The notes: generated by a model not told the origin, from the letters alone. Counted from the first letter of the stretch, positions 1-12,269 are shown. The stretch is DNA of 64,000 nucleotides from Octopus sinensis (GCF_006345805.1 NC_042999.1:13020001-13084000), one strand, 5' to 3'. Made by a program: numbers and translations.

Positions 1-239
1 GACATCAGTGTGGCACATATGTTGCTTCGAACCATTCGTGGATGTTGTTTGTTTGAGCGGATCGAGTCAGTGGTTGCCTACACACACACACAGCAGCAAG
101 GACTGTGTTTACACACAAGCACAGAAAACAAGAATCACATATATATACGTACACACACACATATATTGTACATACACATATGTTCCAGTCTACGTCGATG
201 CTTTTGCGTATTTATGCAGAAATATGATTATAATGGAAA

Positions 240-730
240 AAGAAGCTTTTGTGGTTGACGTCACCTTGTTTTCTGAGAACGAGAGAAGCCAATATTAAGC
301 AAAGCCCATTAAATGTTCGCTGTTACTGCTTGACGCTTTCTTTCTTATTCTTATCCTCGGTCTCCTATTAGGGTTGCCAGCAGAAGATGACTGTAAATAT
401 GCCGACAGTTCTTGGATAAAGTTCACCTTATTTCATACGACAGATTGAGGAAGTCGAGGCGGACGAACGGTTCGGCGATGCCATTGTTATCTTTTTTATT
501 GATTGTATATATTTGTTGTTTCTTTGTTTCTCAGCCGTCGAAAGTCTTCCAAGACTCGTCAAAATGAATAAAACTAAAGGAGAGATAATAATACTATAAT
601 AAAAGCTCGAGTTTCAGGCCAACAGCTCGTCCTTTCTCTGTCCTCTCCAGTCCATCCGACTGGCTTTCATTGCCACCATAGTGTCAGCTCCTTGCCAACA
701 GATGGCGCTGTCAAACATTTAACCAGATCG
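240..730. promoter_or_regulatory. CpG-enriched, non-repetitive stretch, possibly a promoter or 5' region
   Basis: Locally many CpGs, a CRE palindrome TGACGTCA at 256-263, and minus-strand donor-like sites (AAG|GTGAAC near 426, AAG|GTGACG near 265). No convincing ORF. Confidence 0.25.
693..710 (+). promoter_or_regulatory. CTCF-type binding motif
   Basis: TGCCAACAGATGGCGCTG matches the CCASYAGRKGGCRS core with one mismatch. Confidence 0.4.
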
Positions 731-739
731 CCACCTCCC

Positions 740-1990
740 TCTCGCTCACACCTTCTCGCTTTCTTTCCCTCCTTCGCTATTCATAGAAGCTCTACTTCTC
801 TCCTCATCCTCCACATCTTATTTACATACTCTATTTTTCTTTATCTCTCTCTCTCTGTATTTACACATACTCTATTTCTCTCTTCCCTCTTTGTTCTCCC
901 CCTCCGTATTGACACTCTCTATTTCTCTCCCTCCTTCTCTCTCTATTCCTGCACACTATCTCTATCTCTTTATTCATACACACTATATCTCTCTCATGTG
1001 CTCTCTTCATACTCACACGCATTCTATTGCTCTTTGTCCCCACTTTCGTTCTTTTCACATCTACTCTACCTCTGTATCCCTCCCTGTCTATTCACATACG
1101 ATTTTTTTCACTCTCTCTTTTTATCCCGGTAGATACACAATCTATTTCTCTCTCTCTCTCTCTCTCCCATCGTTATTAAAACGCACTTTTTCTTCTCCCC
1201 TCATCTTCACCAACCTAAACTACTTCATCACTTTCACTCTTTTCCTTTTTCTCTTCTTTCCCATCCTCTTCTTTCTACTTAATCCGGTAATCTCAGCATA
1301 ATTTTACAACTCTTTCTTTCACTCCCCCTTTTTCTCTCTTTTCATTTGCCCTTATATTTCTCCTGTCTATCTTTCCCTCCTTTATTTTCCCCTTTTTTCT
1401 CTCACTTTTCTTTCTCGCTGTTTCTTTTCAATTCTTCCTCTTTATTTTTTTTTTACTTTTCTGTTCTTATTTCTCGCCTTTATCACCTTTCTTCTGTCTC
1501 TCTCTCTCTCTTCTATATATTCCCATCTTCTAAACCGAGTCTTCTCAGCTATTTCCCTGCCTCTTTATATCACTCTTACTCTTTTTTCTACATCTCTTCC
1601 TCCATTTTCTCTCTCTACCTCTCCATCTTAATTCTCCCCTATCTTCAGTGTTCCTTCCATTCAATCACCTTGCCCCTCTCTCCCTTTACTCTTCACTCTC
1701 TTTAGCTCTCTTCTTTTAATTCTCTTCCTCCATCGATTTTTATCTTCTTTTTTCCCCTCTCTTTCTCTTCTTTTTTATCTTTGCGTTTTTTATACTTCTC
1801 CATCAGTTACCACTATGCTTTTCTTACTCTCTCTCTATCTCTCACTCTATATCTCTCACTCTATATCTCTCCCTCTTTCTTTCTCCTTTTCCTTTCTTTT
1901 CTCTTAATTCTATTAGCTCCATTACCTTTCCTGTTGGATTTTACTCATTCTTTCCTTCTTCTAAGCAATATCATTAATTCCCCCCTCAAC
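740..1990. repeat. Polypyrimidine (CT-rich) low-complexity tract
   Basis: Near-continuous C/T runs; the ORFs here are S/L/F low-complexity artefacts. Confidence 0.9.
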
Positions 1991-2007
1991 TTTAAAGACA
2001 ATGTATG

Positions 2008-2370
2008 TCATCATCATCATCATCAATACCGTTTAACGTCTGTTTTGCCTGCTGGCATGGGTTGGACGGTTTGACTGAGGACTGGCAAGCTGGTAGGCTG
2101 CACCAGGCTCCAATCTGATCTAGCAATGTTTCTACAGCTGGATGCCCTTCCTAATGCCAACCACTCCAAGAGTGTAGTGGGTGCTTTTTACATGCCACCA
2201 GCACGGGAACCTGTCAGGCGGCACTTGCTTCGACCACGTTCAGATGGTGCTTTTTACTTGTCACCAGCACGGGGAGCCAATCAGGTGACACTGGCATCGA
2301 TCCACACTTGAATGGTGCTTATTATGTACCACCAGCACGGGTGCCACACAGGCGGCTCTGGCATCAGCCA
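2008..2370 (-). mobile_element. RTE-clade LINE 3' UTR fragment with (GAT)n tail
   Basis: (CAT)n followed by ttaacgtc...catgggttggacgg; same terminus as the RT-bearing copy at 2714-5243. Confidence 0.85.
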
Positions 2371-2404
2371 CAACTATGATTTATATATATATATATATAT
2401 ATTG

Positions 2405-2616
2405 ATAATTATATACATAATTATAACAAGAGATTGGCTATAAGTCTCTCCATGCGCTAGAAAAATAGATGCCTAAAGACTCTATTCCCACCTTAAAAAC
2501 TCAAAAAAATAAAACACAGAGTTTTTAAAGTGGAAATAGTGTTTTTAGGCGTCTATTTTTCTAGCACATGGAGAGACTTATAGCCAATCCCTTGTTATAA
2601 TTATGTATATAATTAT
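2405..2616. mobile_element. Fold-back (MITE-like) palindromic element
   Basis: ~98-bp arms (2405-2502 and 2519-2616) are near-perfect reverse complements with a 16-bp spacer. Confidence 0.85.
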
Positions 2617-2713
2617 TAAAATATTTGTAAAATTCACCTATGATGTTTTTATTTCCATGCTAGCCCACTGGTAAAATCATTAATGATTTTTACCCTTTAT
2701 TATAATATATATA

Positions 2714-5243
2714 TCATCATCATCATCATTTAACGTCCGTTTTCCATGCTAGCATGGGTTGGACGGTTTTGACTGAGGGCTAGCAACCAGATGGCTGCAC
2801 CAGGCTCCAGTCTTGATCTGGCAGAGTTTCTACAGTTGGATGCCCTTCCTTACGCCAACCACTCCGAGAGTGCAGTGGGTGCTTTTTACGTGTCACCTGC
2901 ACGGAGGCCAGTCAGGTGATACTGGCAATGACCTCGCTCAAATCTTTTTACACATGCCACCGACACAGGTGCCAGTGAAGCGACGTTGGTAACGATCATG
3001 CTCGAATGGTGCCCTTTTACGTGCCACAGGTATGGAAGCCAGTTGGCTGCTTTGGCAACGATCACAATGATCACGCTCGGATGGTGTTCTTGGCACTCTA
3101 CTAGTACAGGCATAAGTGCCAGTAAGGTGACGCTGGTAACAATCATACTCCAATAGCTGCTCTGTCAATGATCACACTCGTATGGTGCTCTTTGCACCCC
3201 GCTAGCACGGATGCCATTCATCGAAATGATTTTGATTTTGATTTCACTTGCCTCAACAGGTCTTTGCAAGCAAAGTTTAGTAACCAAAGAAGGAAAAGCT
3301 ACGCATAAGCGGGCTGGTTACGCTCCTGGCATAGGCCACGGGTTATGGTTTCATCTGGCTTGCCAGGTCTTCTCGGGCAGAGCATATTTCCAAAGGTCTT
3401 GGTCTAATCATTTCCTTGGTGAGGCCTAATGTTCGAAGGTCGTGCTTCACCACTTCATCCCAGGTCTTCCTGGGTCTACCTCTTCCACAGGTTCCCTCAA
3501 CGGCTAGGGTGTGGCACTTTTTCACACAGCTATCCACATCCATTCTCACCACATGACCATACCAGCGCAGTCGTCTCTCTTGCACACCACATCTAATGCT
3601 TCTTAGGTCAAACTTTTCTCTCAAGGTACTTACACTCTGTCGAGTATGCACACTGACATTACACATCCATCGGATCATACTGGTTTCATTCCTTGCGAGC
3701 TTACGCATGTCCTCAGCAGTCACAGCCCATGTTTCACTGCCATGTAGCATGGCTGTTCGTACACAAGCGCCATACAGTCTAGCTTTTACTCTGAGCGAGA
3801 GGCCCTTTGTCACTAGCAGAGGTAAGAGCTCTCTGAACTTTGCCCAAACTATTCTTATTCTAGCAGCTACATTTTCAGTGCACCCTCCTCCGCTACTGAT
3901 TTGGTCACCTAGATAACGGAAGCTATCAACTATTTCTAGTTTTTTCCCTGGAATATGGTGGAAGTTGGTCTCTGCGCATTTTCAGTGTTTATTGCTCCCG
4001 AGCATCTGCCACATACAAAAACTATCTTCCCAGTTAGCCTTCCTTTGATATTACTGCACCTCTTATGTGTCCATAGCTTACACTAGGTACATCTTATAGA
4101 GTTTCTACCTACACCTCTACTACAGATCGAGCAGTGCCATCTACCTGAAGGGATTTGTGGTTTGCCTGCATTCCTACATATTAGGACTTTGGTTTTAGCT
4201 AGGTTGATTCTAAGGCCCTTCGATTCTAATCCGTGTTTCCACACTTGAAACTTTGCCTCTAGTTCTGATAGTGACTCAGCAATTAGAGCAAGGTCATCAG
4301 CATAGAGGAGCTCCCAGGGGCATCCTGTCTCGAATTCCTCCGTTATTGCCTGGAGGACTATGATAAATAGGAGAGGGCTGAGGACTGAACCCTGGTGGAC
4401 CCCAACCTCTACCTTGAATTCTTCAGTGTACTCGTTGCCAACCCTTACCTTACTTACAGCGTCCCTGTACATGGCTTGCACAGCTCTCACTAACCATTCA
4501 TCTATCCCTAGTTTCCTCATTGACCACCAGATAAGGGATCGGGGGACCCTGCCAAAGGATTTCTCCATGTTAACGAAAGCCAGGTACAGGGGCTTATCTT
4601 TGGCTAGGTATTTCTCCTGCAGCTTTCTTACCAGAAATATGGCATCAGTGGTACTTTTCCCTGGCACGAAACCAAACTGCATCTCATCCAAGTTGACTCC
4701 CTCCCTAATCAGTTGGGCTATGACCCTCTCCGTAACCTTCATTACCTGATCCAACAGCTGGATACCTCTGTAATTATTTGTCTCTAGGGCGTCACCTTTA
4801 CCTTTGTAGCATTTGATTATGGTGCTGCTACACCAGTCATTGGGTATGACTCCTTCGTGTATCACCTGGTTGACTATACGGGTGACTAGGCTATATCCGA
4901 CACTGCCAGATATTTTGAGCATCTCTGCAGTAATTCCTGATGGGCCTGGAGCTTTCCCTGTCTTCATGCTTCTAATTGCCTTGACTACCAAGGAACTGTC
5001 AACATGGATAGCTGGTCCCTCTGTTGGGTCGACATTCGGCAGACTCTCTTTATCCCATTCATTTTCTTTATTCAGCAACCTTTCATAGTGGCGTCTCCAA
5101 ACCACTCTCTTTGCTTCCTCATTTAGCGCAAGTGAACCATCATCCATGCGAACACATTTCTCTCCTACCACATCGCGATTCTCTTTCACACACTGTCGTG
5201 CAACACGAAATACCTCAAGTCTTTCATCCTCATGGCGCAGAAT
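2714..5243 (-). mobile_element. 5'-truncated RTE-clade LINE
   Basis: RT ORF fragments at 4083-5189 and 3343-3813, a 3' UTR, and a (GAT)n tail at about 2714-2730. Confidence 0.95.
3343..5189 (-). pseudogene. RTE reverse transcriptase ORF, disrupted
   Basis: Motifs PGPSG, NYRGI, QFGF, GVHQGSVLSPLLF, LLYADD and LHGSETW. Premature TAG at 4083-4085 and a frameshift between 4082 and 3813. Confidence 0.9.
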
Positions 5244-5403
5244 ATATATATATATATATATACTTCGTTTTTGTATCTGGTTTGCAAAATTCTTGATGCC
5301 AATTTGTGTTGAAAAAACTTTTGTTGTGTCCAGGGAGAGTCATTATGCCGATATTAATAATACATGCATTGTTCAATTCTACTTCTGTATTATAATAAAG
5401 GGG

Positions 5404-6295
5404 TAGCTAAATCACTTCCAGAACTAGAGAAATTTCAGGTGTGGAAGCAAGGTCTAGAATTGAAAGGCCTTAGAGTTAATCTAGCAAAAACAAAAGCCTT
5501 AGTAAGTAGGAAAGAGGACAAATCACACTTCTTTGCAAGTAGATGGCCTGCTTGATCTGTAGAAAAGGAGTAGGGAAAAACTTCATAAGATGTGCCCGGT
5601 GTAAGCTGATAGCTAATGTTATCTAGATGACCAGGTCAGTAGTGGGGGTGGATCTTCCAGGAATGTAACTGTGAGAATAAAAATTGGCTGGGCAAAGTTC
5701 AGAGAGCTCCTACCTCTGTTGTTAATGAAGGGCTGCTCCCTCAGAATGAAAGCAGACTGTATGATGACTATGTATGAACAGTTATGTTACATGGCAGTGA
5801 AACATTGGCTGCGACTGCCAAGGGCATGTAAAGGCTTAAAAGAAATGAAGCTAGTATGTTTCGTTGGATGTGCAATGTCAGTGTGCCTTCACAACAGTGT
5901 GTAAGTGTCTTGAGAGAAAAGTTGGGTATAAGAGCCATCAGATGTACTGTGCAAGAGAGATGACTGTGCTGGTGTGGCCATGTGATGCATATGAACAAGG
6001 ACAGATGTGAATAGAAGTGCCAATCTTTAACTGTGAAGGGAACCTGTGGAAGAGGTAGATCCAAGAAGACATGGGATGAGGTGGTGAAACATGATCTTTA
6101 AATGTTGGGCCTCACAAAGGTGATGACAAGTAACCGAGACCTCTGGTGATATGCTGTGCATAGGAAGACTCATCAGGCCAAGTGAAATCATAGTTGTGGC
6201 CATGCTGGTGTCATGTAATTGTAGTCATGACACCTGTGAAACTGTAGTCATGGTCGTTGATGGTGTCATGTAAATGGCACCTGTGAGTTGTAATT
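5404..6295 (+). mobile_element. RTE LINE 3' part (from just after LYADD into the 3' UTR), decayed
   Basis: SLPELEKFQVWKQGLELKGLRVNLAKTK, RIKIGWAKFRELLPLL, then the C-terminus and UTR. Confidence 0.9.
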
Positions 6296-6304
6296 CTTGT
6301 CATT

Positions 6305-6428
6305 GACATCATCATCATCATCATTTAACGTCCATTGTCTATGCTGGAATGGATTGAATGGTTTGACTAGGCTGGAAGGCTGCACCAGACTCCAGTCTCA
6401 TTTGACATGGTTTTCTATGGCTAGATGG
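6305..6428 (-). mobile_element. RTE LINE 3' terminal fragment
   Basis: (CAT)n followed by ttaacgtcc terminus. Confidence 0.8.
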
Positions 6429-7250
6429 AAGCTTAAAGATCCTGCAAATGGACAGAGATTTAGGGACATATTACTTGAAGCTTTTGACGAAATAGAAGGG
6501 GATATAGCTTCACACGATGTAGAAGACAACTGGAGGTTTCTACGGGACAACCTGCTGAGGGCCACTGAACAGATCTGTGGATGGAGCAAAGTTCCCTCTT
6601 GACTGAAAATAACATGGTGGTGGAACAATGTTGTTGACAGGGCTATTAGAGAAAAGAAACAGGCTTGGAAGGACTGGAAGAACGGTGATAGCAGGGAATT
6701 GTTTCAGACTGCCAGAAGGGAAGCTAAGAGGCAGGTTTACTTAGCCAGAAGGGAAGCAGATAAGAAAAAATTTTCCAATGTTCTACACCATAAGGACCAA
6801 AGACGAGGTATTTTGTGTTCAAGACAGTGTGTGAGAGAGAATCGTGACGTGGTAGGAGAAAAATGTGTTCGCATGGATGATGGTTCACTTGCACTAAATG
6901 TGGCTGCAAAGAGAGAGGTTTGGAGATGCCACTCTGAAAGGTTGCTGAATAAAGAAAATGAATGGGAGAAAGAGAGTCAGCTGAATGTTGACCCAACAGA
7001 GGGACCAGCTATCCGAGCTGACAGTACCTTAGTAGATAAAGCAATTAAGAGTATGAAGGCAGAGAAAGCCCGCCGGCCCATCAGATATCACTGCAGAGAT
7101 GCTCAAAATATCTGGTAGGGTCGGATATAGCCTAGTCACCCATATAGTTAACCAGGTGATGCACGAAGGAGTCATACCCAATGACTGGTGTAGCAGCATA
7201 ATAGTCAACTGTTACAAAGGTAAAGGTGATGCTTTAGATACAAATAATCA
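6428..7250 (+). mobile_element. RTE LINE EN-RT linker and RT N-terminal fragment
   Basis: WKLKDP, ENRDVVGEKCVRMDDGSL and YKGKGDALDTNN; stops abruptly before YRGI. Confidence 0.9.
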
Positions 7251-8455
7251 GCATAGAGGAGCTCCCAGGGGCAGCCTGTCTTGAATTCCTGTTATTGCCT
7301 TGAGAACTATGATGAATAAGAGGATTGATCCCTGGTGAGGACTGATCCTTACTTCTACCTGGAATTCTTCACTGTACTCATTACCAACCCTCACATTACT
7401 GACAGCATCCCTGTACAGGGCTTGTATGGCTCTTACCAACCACTCGTCTATCCCTAGTTTCCTCATTAACCACCAGATAAGGGATCGACGGACCCTGTCA
7501 AAGGCTTTCTCCAGGTCAACAAAAGCAAGTACAGAGCTTTATCTTTGGCTAGGTATTTCTCCTGCAGTTGCTTTACCAGAAATATAGCATCTGTGGTGCT
7601 TCTCCCTGACGCACAACCAAACTGCATCTCATCTAGGCTAACTCTCTCCCTAATTAGTTGGGCTATGACCCTCTCCATTACTTTTATTACCTGATCCAGC
7701 AATTTGATACCCCGGTACTTATTTCTATCTAAGATATCACCTTTACCTTTGTAGCAGTTGACTATAGTGCTGCTACACTAGTCATTGGGTATGACTCCTT
7801 TGTGAACTACACTACGGGTGACTAGACTATAACCCACACCACCAGATATTTGAGCATCACAGCAGTGATTCCTGATGGGTTTTCCCTGCCTTCATATCCT
7901 TAATTGCTTTATCTACCAAGATATTATTGATTCAGGTAGCTGGTCCCTCAAATGTGTCAACCTTTGGCAGACTCTCCTCCTCCCATTCATTCTCCACATT
8001 CAGTAGTCTTTCATAATGGCATCTCCAAGCCTCTTTCTTTGCAGAACCATGAAATGCAAGTGCACCATCATCCATGCGGACACATTTCTCTCCTATGACA
8101 TCACAATTTTCTCTCACACACTGTCTTGCAATCCGAAATACTTCAGTTCTTTGGTCCTCGTGTTGCTGAACGTTTGCAAACTTCTTCTTTTCTGCTTCTC
8201 CCTTGGTTATACATACCTGTCCTCTAGCTTCTGATTATCTGATACAGTTACTTGCTACCCCAACTATTCCAGGCCTTCCATGCCTGTTTCTTTGCTCTAA
8301 TGACCCTGTCTGCAGTATTATTTCACTATCACGTAACCTTATAAAATATACCCAGTTATCTCCCTTGCCTCAGTAAGATTTCTTCTCTTTCTGACTCTTT
8401 TTCCCTGAATTTTCAATTTTACCATGAGCCAGTACCACTATACAGTGCTCTTGCA
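7251..8455 (-). mobile_element. RTE LINE fragment from the linker to WELLYAD
   Basis: Minus-strand ORFs 7466-7702 (QFG motif) and 7248-7466; ends exactly at the LYAD motif. Confidence 0.9.
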
Positions 8456-8780
8456 ATTCATTTTTTATTTATTTAGATTAATACCTATCCTTATTTTAAT
8501 TCAATCATCAAACATGAAAAATAATGGAAAAATTATTTAGCAAAAGTATTAAATAAAATTAAAATTTTTTAATTAGGTGAAATTATAAATTATTAATTGT
8601 CCCTATTTATTCGTTTAATTGCGTTGTCAGGAAAAAAGTGGATTACAATGAAAAATGTGGACACATGGAAATTAATATTTTTAAGTTATTAAACCTGAAA
8701 AAGTACAGGACAAGCATATTTATATTTAAAATACTGCAGCTATAGTTAAAATTATATTTAAATTTAAAAACTAAAAATAA

Positions 8781-9072
8781 TAGTATAAATAGAAAGATAT
8801 ATTTTTCAACGTGTAAATACTGGGAGAACAGCATATAGGATAAAATCCTTACAGAGCAGAAAAATTTATCAGCAACCAGCCATGAGAATCAAAATTTGCC
8901 AGTAAAACAGTTTGGCTTAATGGTCAAGCATTTGACTGGAAATCAAAAGGATGTGAGTTTGATTCTCATGGCTGGTTGCTGACAGATTTTTTTGCTCTGT
9001 AAGGATTTTATCCTACAGATGCTGTTCTATCAGTATTTATGCATTGAAAAATATATCTTTCTGCTTGTACTA
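8781..9072. mobile_element. Fold-back element with ~113-bp arms and a tRNA-like centre
   Basis: 8781-8893 is the reverse complement of 8958-9072 with several mismatches; TA at both ends. Confidence 0.8.
8906..8977 (+). pseudogene. tRNA-like cloverleaf, probably tRNA-Cys-derived, anticodon reads GGA
   Basis: D stem GCTT/AAGC, anticodon stem TTTGA/TCAAA with loop CTGGAAA, T stem GTGAG/CTCAT with loop TTTGATT, partly paired acceptor stem, and A/B boxes. Confidence 0.65.
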
Positions 9073-9532
9073 CAATACATTTCAGTGCTTCAAAAACAAA
9101 ATTATGCTTGTTTACATATGACGTAAAAATAATAGCGTTTATTACTGTATAATTAAAAAATTACTTCAAATAATAAATTTAAGGCTAAATGTTAGCAAAA
9201 AGTAAAATAATTTTCAATAGCCCTATTAAAAATATTTTTTCAGCCTTTCTCTAATCAGCTATAATTCATGTGCTTCTCGAGTATAACTCCATTTCTCTCT
9301 CTCCATCACGTTTCCCTAGATATTGCCTGCCTAGCCACTTCTCTCACTTCTAATCTTATAGTCACTGTATATTTCTTGGGTAAATCTGGCTTATTATAAT
9401 AATTGATTCACCATCACCTAGTACATCTTTCTCCCTCTTCTACTTCCTCTACCTTTACATATATAACTATAACCCCTCTTCTACTCATCTCTATGTAATT
9501 TTATTAAACTTTTATTTATAAACATTGTTCTC

Positions 9533-9751
9533 GCCTATGACTCCTTCATGTATCACCTGGTTGACTATACGGGTGACTAGGCTATAGCCAACACTGCCAG
9601 ACATTTTGAGCATCTCTGCAGTAATTCCTGATGGGCCGGGGGCTTTCCCTGTCTTCATGCTTCTAATTGCCTTATCTACCAAGGAACTGTCAACTCGGAT
9701 AGCTGGTCCCTCAGTTGGGTCAACATTTGGCAGACTCTCTTTATCCCATTC
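9533..9751 (-). mobile_element. RTE RT N-terminal fragment
   Basis: Closely similar to about 4845-5062. Confidence 0.85.
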
Positions 9752-9771
9752 AAAATATAGTAGATGAAATA

Positions 9772-10042
9772 TCTCTTATTATAAAAGGCTGATTTTATCT
9801 GCCTCCCTTTGGGAGTTATAGAAATCTACAATATAGGATTTCTTCAATTACAATTTACCTAGCATTTTTAAGAGTAGAATGCATCGGATCATGCCAGGTC
9901 CAGTTTTTAAAATTTAAACTCCAATTAAGCAAAATTTACAGAAAACTCACATTCTGGTGTGTATGTCAAATGCTTTTCTTAGTCTGGTTTACAGCACACG
10001 CAAACGCACACACACAGTGTGCAACGAATAAAATGAAAGTAA
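9772..10042 (+). mobile_element. Helitron-like 5' end, second copy at 41834-42103
   Basis: A|TC start TCTCTTATTATAAAAGG with a short subterminal hairpin; ~270 bp shared with the 41834 copy. No 3' CTAG hairpin found. Confidence 0.55.
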
Positions 10043-10318
10043 ATAGCGACAGAGTGATTTGAGGAAGACTAAACTGAAAGTATTTAAACCACTACTCAAA
10101 AAATAAAAAAACACAGCAAACAGAAACAAATAAATACATAACCATTTACTCCTCACACAATTTCTTCAATTAGAATTTACCTAAGATTTTTCAAAGTACT
10201 CCATTTGCTCATGCCATAATATATTTCTTTCAATTTCACCCCCAATTAAGACAAAATTCGAGAAAACTCAATATTTTAACATTTCACTCCGAAAGCATTG
10301 ATGTACATGTGTGCGTGC

Positions 10319-10353
<35 letters not shown>

Positions 10354-10504
10354 ATGGGTTGTGCGACACAGAAAGTGTGGTGTGTAAGTGAAGTGCTTTT
10401 GTTAGTGTGTGTAAAGAGACAGACAGAGTGAAAGACAGAAATAACTGAAGTTTTCACTATGATATCACGTGCGAAAAAATTCGAAGGGTTTTCAACAATT
10501 GAGA

Positions 10505-11240
10505 TACAGATGTCACGCCTGTATTGAAACTTTGGCATGGCAGTTGTCATGGGGAAATGCAACGGCAGTGATTCTGTGGTGCACTCCCCAATTGTGGAAG
10601 AAGGTACAATGTCAGCTCATAGCTGATAGGGCAGTGTTAAGCGCCTGTGCGCCATTTGATGCTTTCTTCACGATGGTTTTCCAGACCTGTTAGGACATAC
10701 CACCATTGTCTGTCACCAAGTGACAGATGTACCAATGGGGATAGGCTTGATAACTCCAAGTGGAATGCTCCGGTCGAGACCTGCTTTTAATTCCTCTTGC
10801 CAATGAACCAGGACTGGTATGGGCAAATGGTGGGCGACTGGTTTAGCATTGGGATCCTCCATTAAGTGGATCAGTTGGTCAGACATCTTGGAAAATTGCC
10901 GATGGTTGCAGACATTGAATGTGCTGGAGCTGTAGTATTGTAGCAGCTACTTCCTCAGGCGAAAACGTTTTTCCTCAGTGGCTGGGAATGGTAGTGTAGT
11001 TGGAGGAGGGGGTTGTATTTGTTGTAGGTGGCAGGTGCATACATTCTGTGTCATTGTTGCAGATGATCGATGAGGCTTGTCAGTACTCTCTCCCATGGAT
11101 TGTTTACAGGCCAACTCATGGCACAATCAGGTGCAGGACAGGTTACGTTGGTCATACTGACTCACTTTTTGTCATAAATAAGTCTGACAACTGTTTGCTT
11201 TCACCAATATTTTACGCAGTCTGAAGCAATGAATAAAGGG
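10505..11240 (-). mobile_element. Ty3/Gypsy pol remnant (RT N-terminus joined to integrase core)
   Basis: Manual translation gives YYSSSTFNVC, DPNAKPVAHH, LGVIKPIPIG and SGKP, then [24 protein letters not shown]; stops and frameshifts present. Confidence 0.75.
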
Positions 11241-11360
11241 TCTTCAGTATACCTGAAATGTGAAGGGAAAGATGATGGATAATAAAATGAATAATATATG
11301 GCGAATTGAATGTAATGTAATAAATTGTAATATATGTGTGTTTAGTTGTAATCCTGTAAT

Positions 11361-11606
11361 CAGCATAGAGGAGTTGCTAGGGTCTGCCTGTTTTATATTC
11401 ATCTGTTATTACCTGAATGATTATGATACCAACAAAAGTTAAGTACAGAGGTTTATACTTGGTTAGGTACTTCTCCTGGGGGTTTCTTACCAGAAATATA
11501 TCATGACTGGTGTTTCTTCCTGATACAAAACCAAATTGCATCTCATCTAGATTAAGTCTTTTCCTAATTAGTTGGGCTATGATCCTCTCCGTGATTTTCA
11601 TCATCT
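11361..11606 (-). mobile_element. RTE RT fragment with internal deletion
   Basis: ERIIAQLIRKRLNLDEMQFGFVSG and a WELLYA-like end. Confidence 0.85.
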
Positions 11607-12252
11607 GAAGAAATTAGTGCCAGTGCAAGCACTTTATTTTTAAAGCACACATCAGGCATATGTTAACATATTAGCAATGAGAAAGCGCTCTAATCGATGT
11701 CTACCTATATACATACATATATGCAGGGTAGCCATGTACTTTCTCTACAGCAACACACCTCTGCCTGTCTCTCTATCATACTACAGGTTAGGATGAAGCC
11801 ATCTCTCTCACTACTAGCAATCCACTCATCCTTGAAATTTACTTTTTAATTTTACTAGTGTCAGTGTTACCAAAACTTTTCTCAGACATAGAAACCATGT
11901 GAAAACAGACATTAGATGTACGTGTAGTAATTCATCTCAGATAGTGTGAAATTGTTCAACCCATGACAACATGAAAAACGAATGTTAAATGATGATGACA
12001 CACATACACGTTAATCGTATTTCTTATATTAATTTCAATAATTAATTTGTTTCTATTTATAAATAAAAACAATTGATTTCGCGTGAGAATGATTAGTTTG
12101 ATGACTTGTGGAAGCAATGTACTGTGTAAATGTAAGGACAACCATATTTATTAAACAAGTGTATTTCATGATTCGACACATAGATAAAACTTGACTTTCA
12201 AATGTTGGTTGATATTTTGCTTGTTGTTTGCATATCATGCCTTGTATTATAG

Positions 12253-12269
12253 ATCCCAAATGGCCAAAG
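12253..12269 (+). other. Candidate 17-nt micro-exon
   Basis: ttgtattatAG|ATCCCAAATGGCCAAAG|GTAAGT in unique sequence; no partner exons identified. Confidence 0.25.

Noticed and set aside
535-562. GAAA-GTCTT-CC-AAGAC-TCGTCA hairpin resembling a hammerhead
   Set aside because: The core elements are in the wrong order on both strands.
11345-11375. Second RTE break at the same LYAD position as 7251
   Set aside because: Only two cases, and the flanking match to RTE sequence is too short to claim a recurrent breakpoint.
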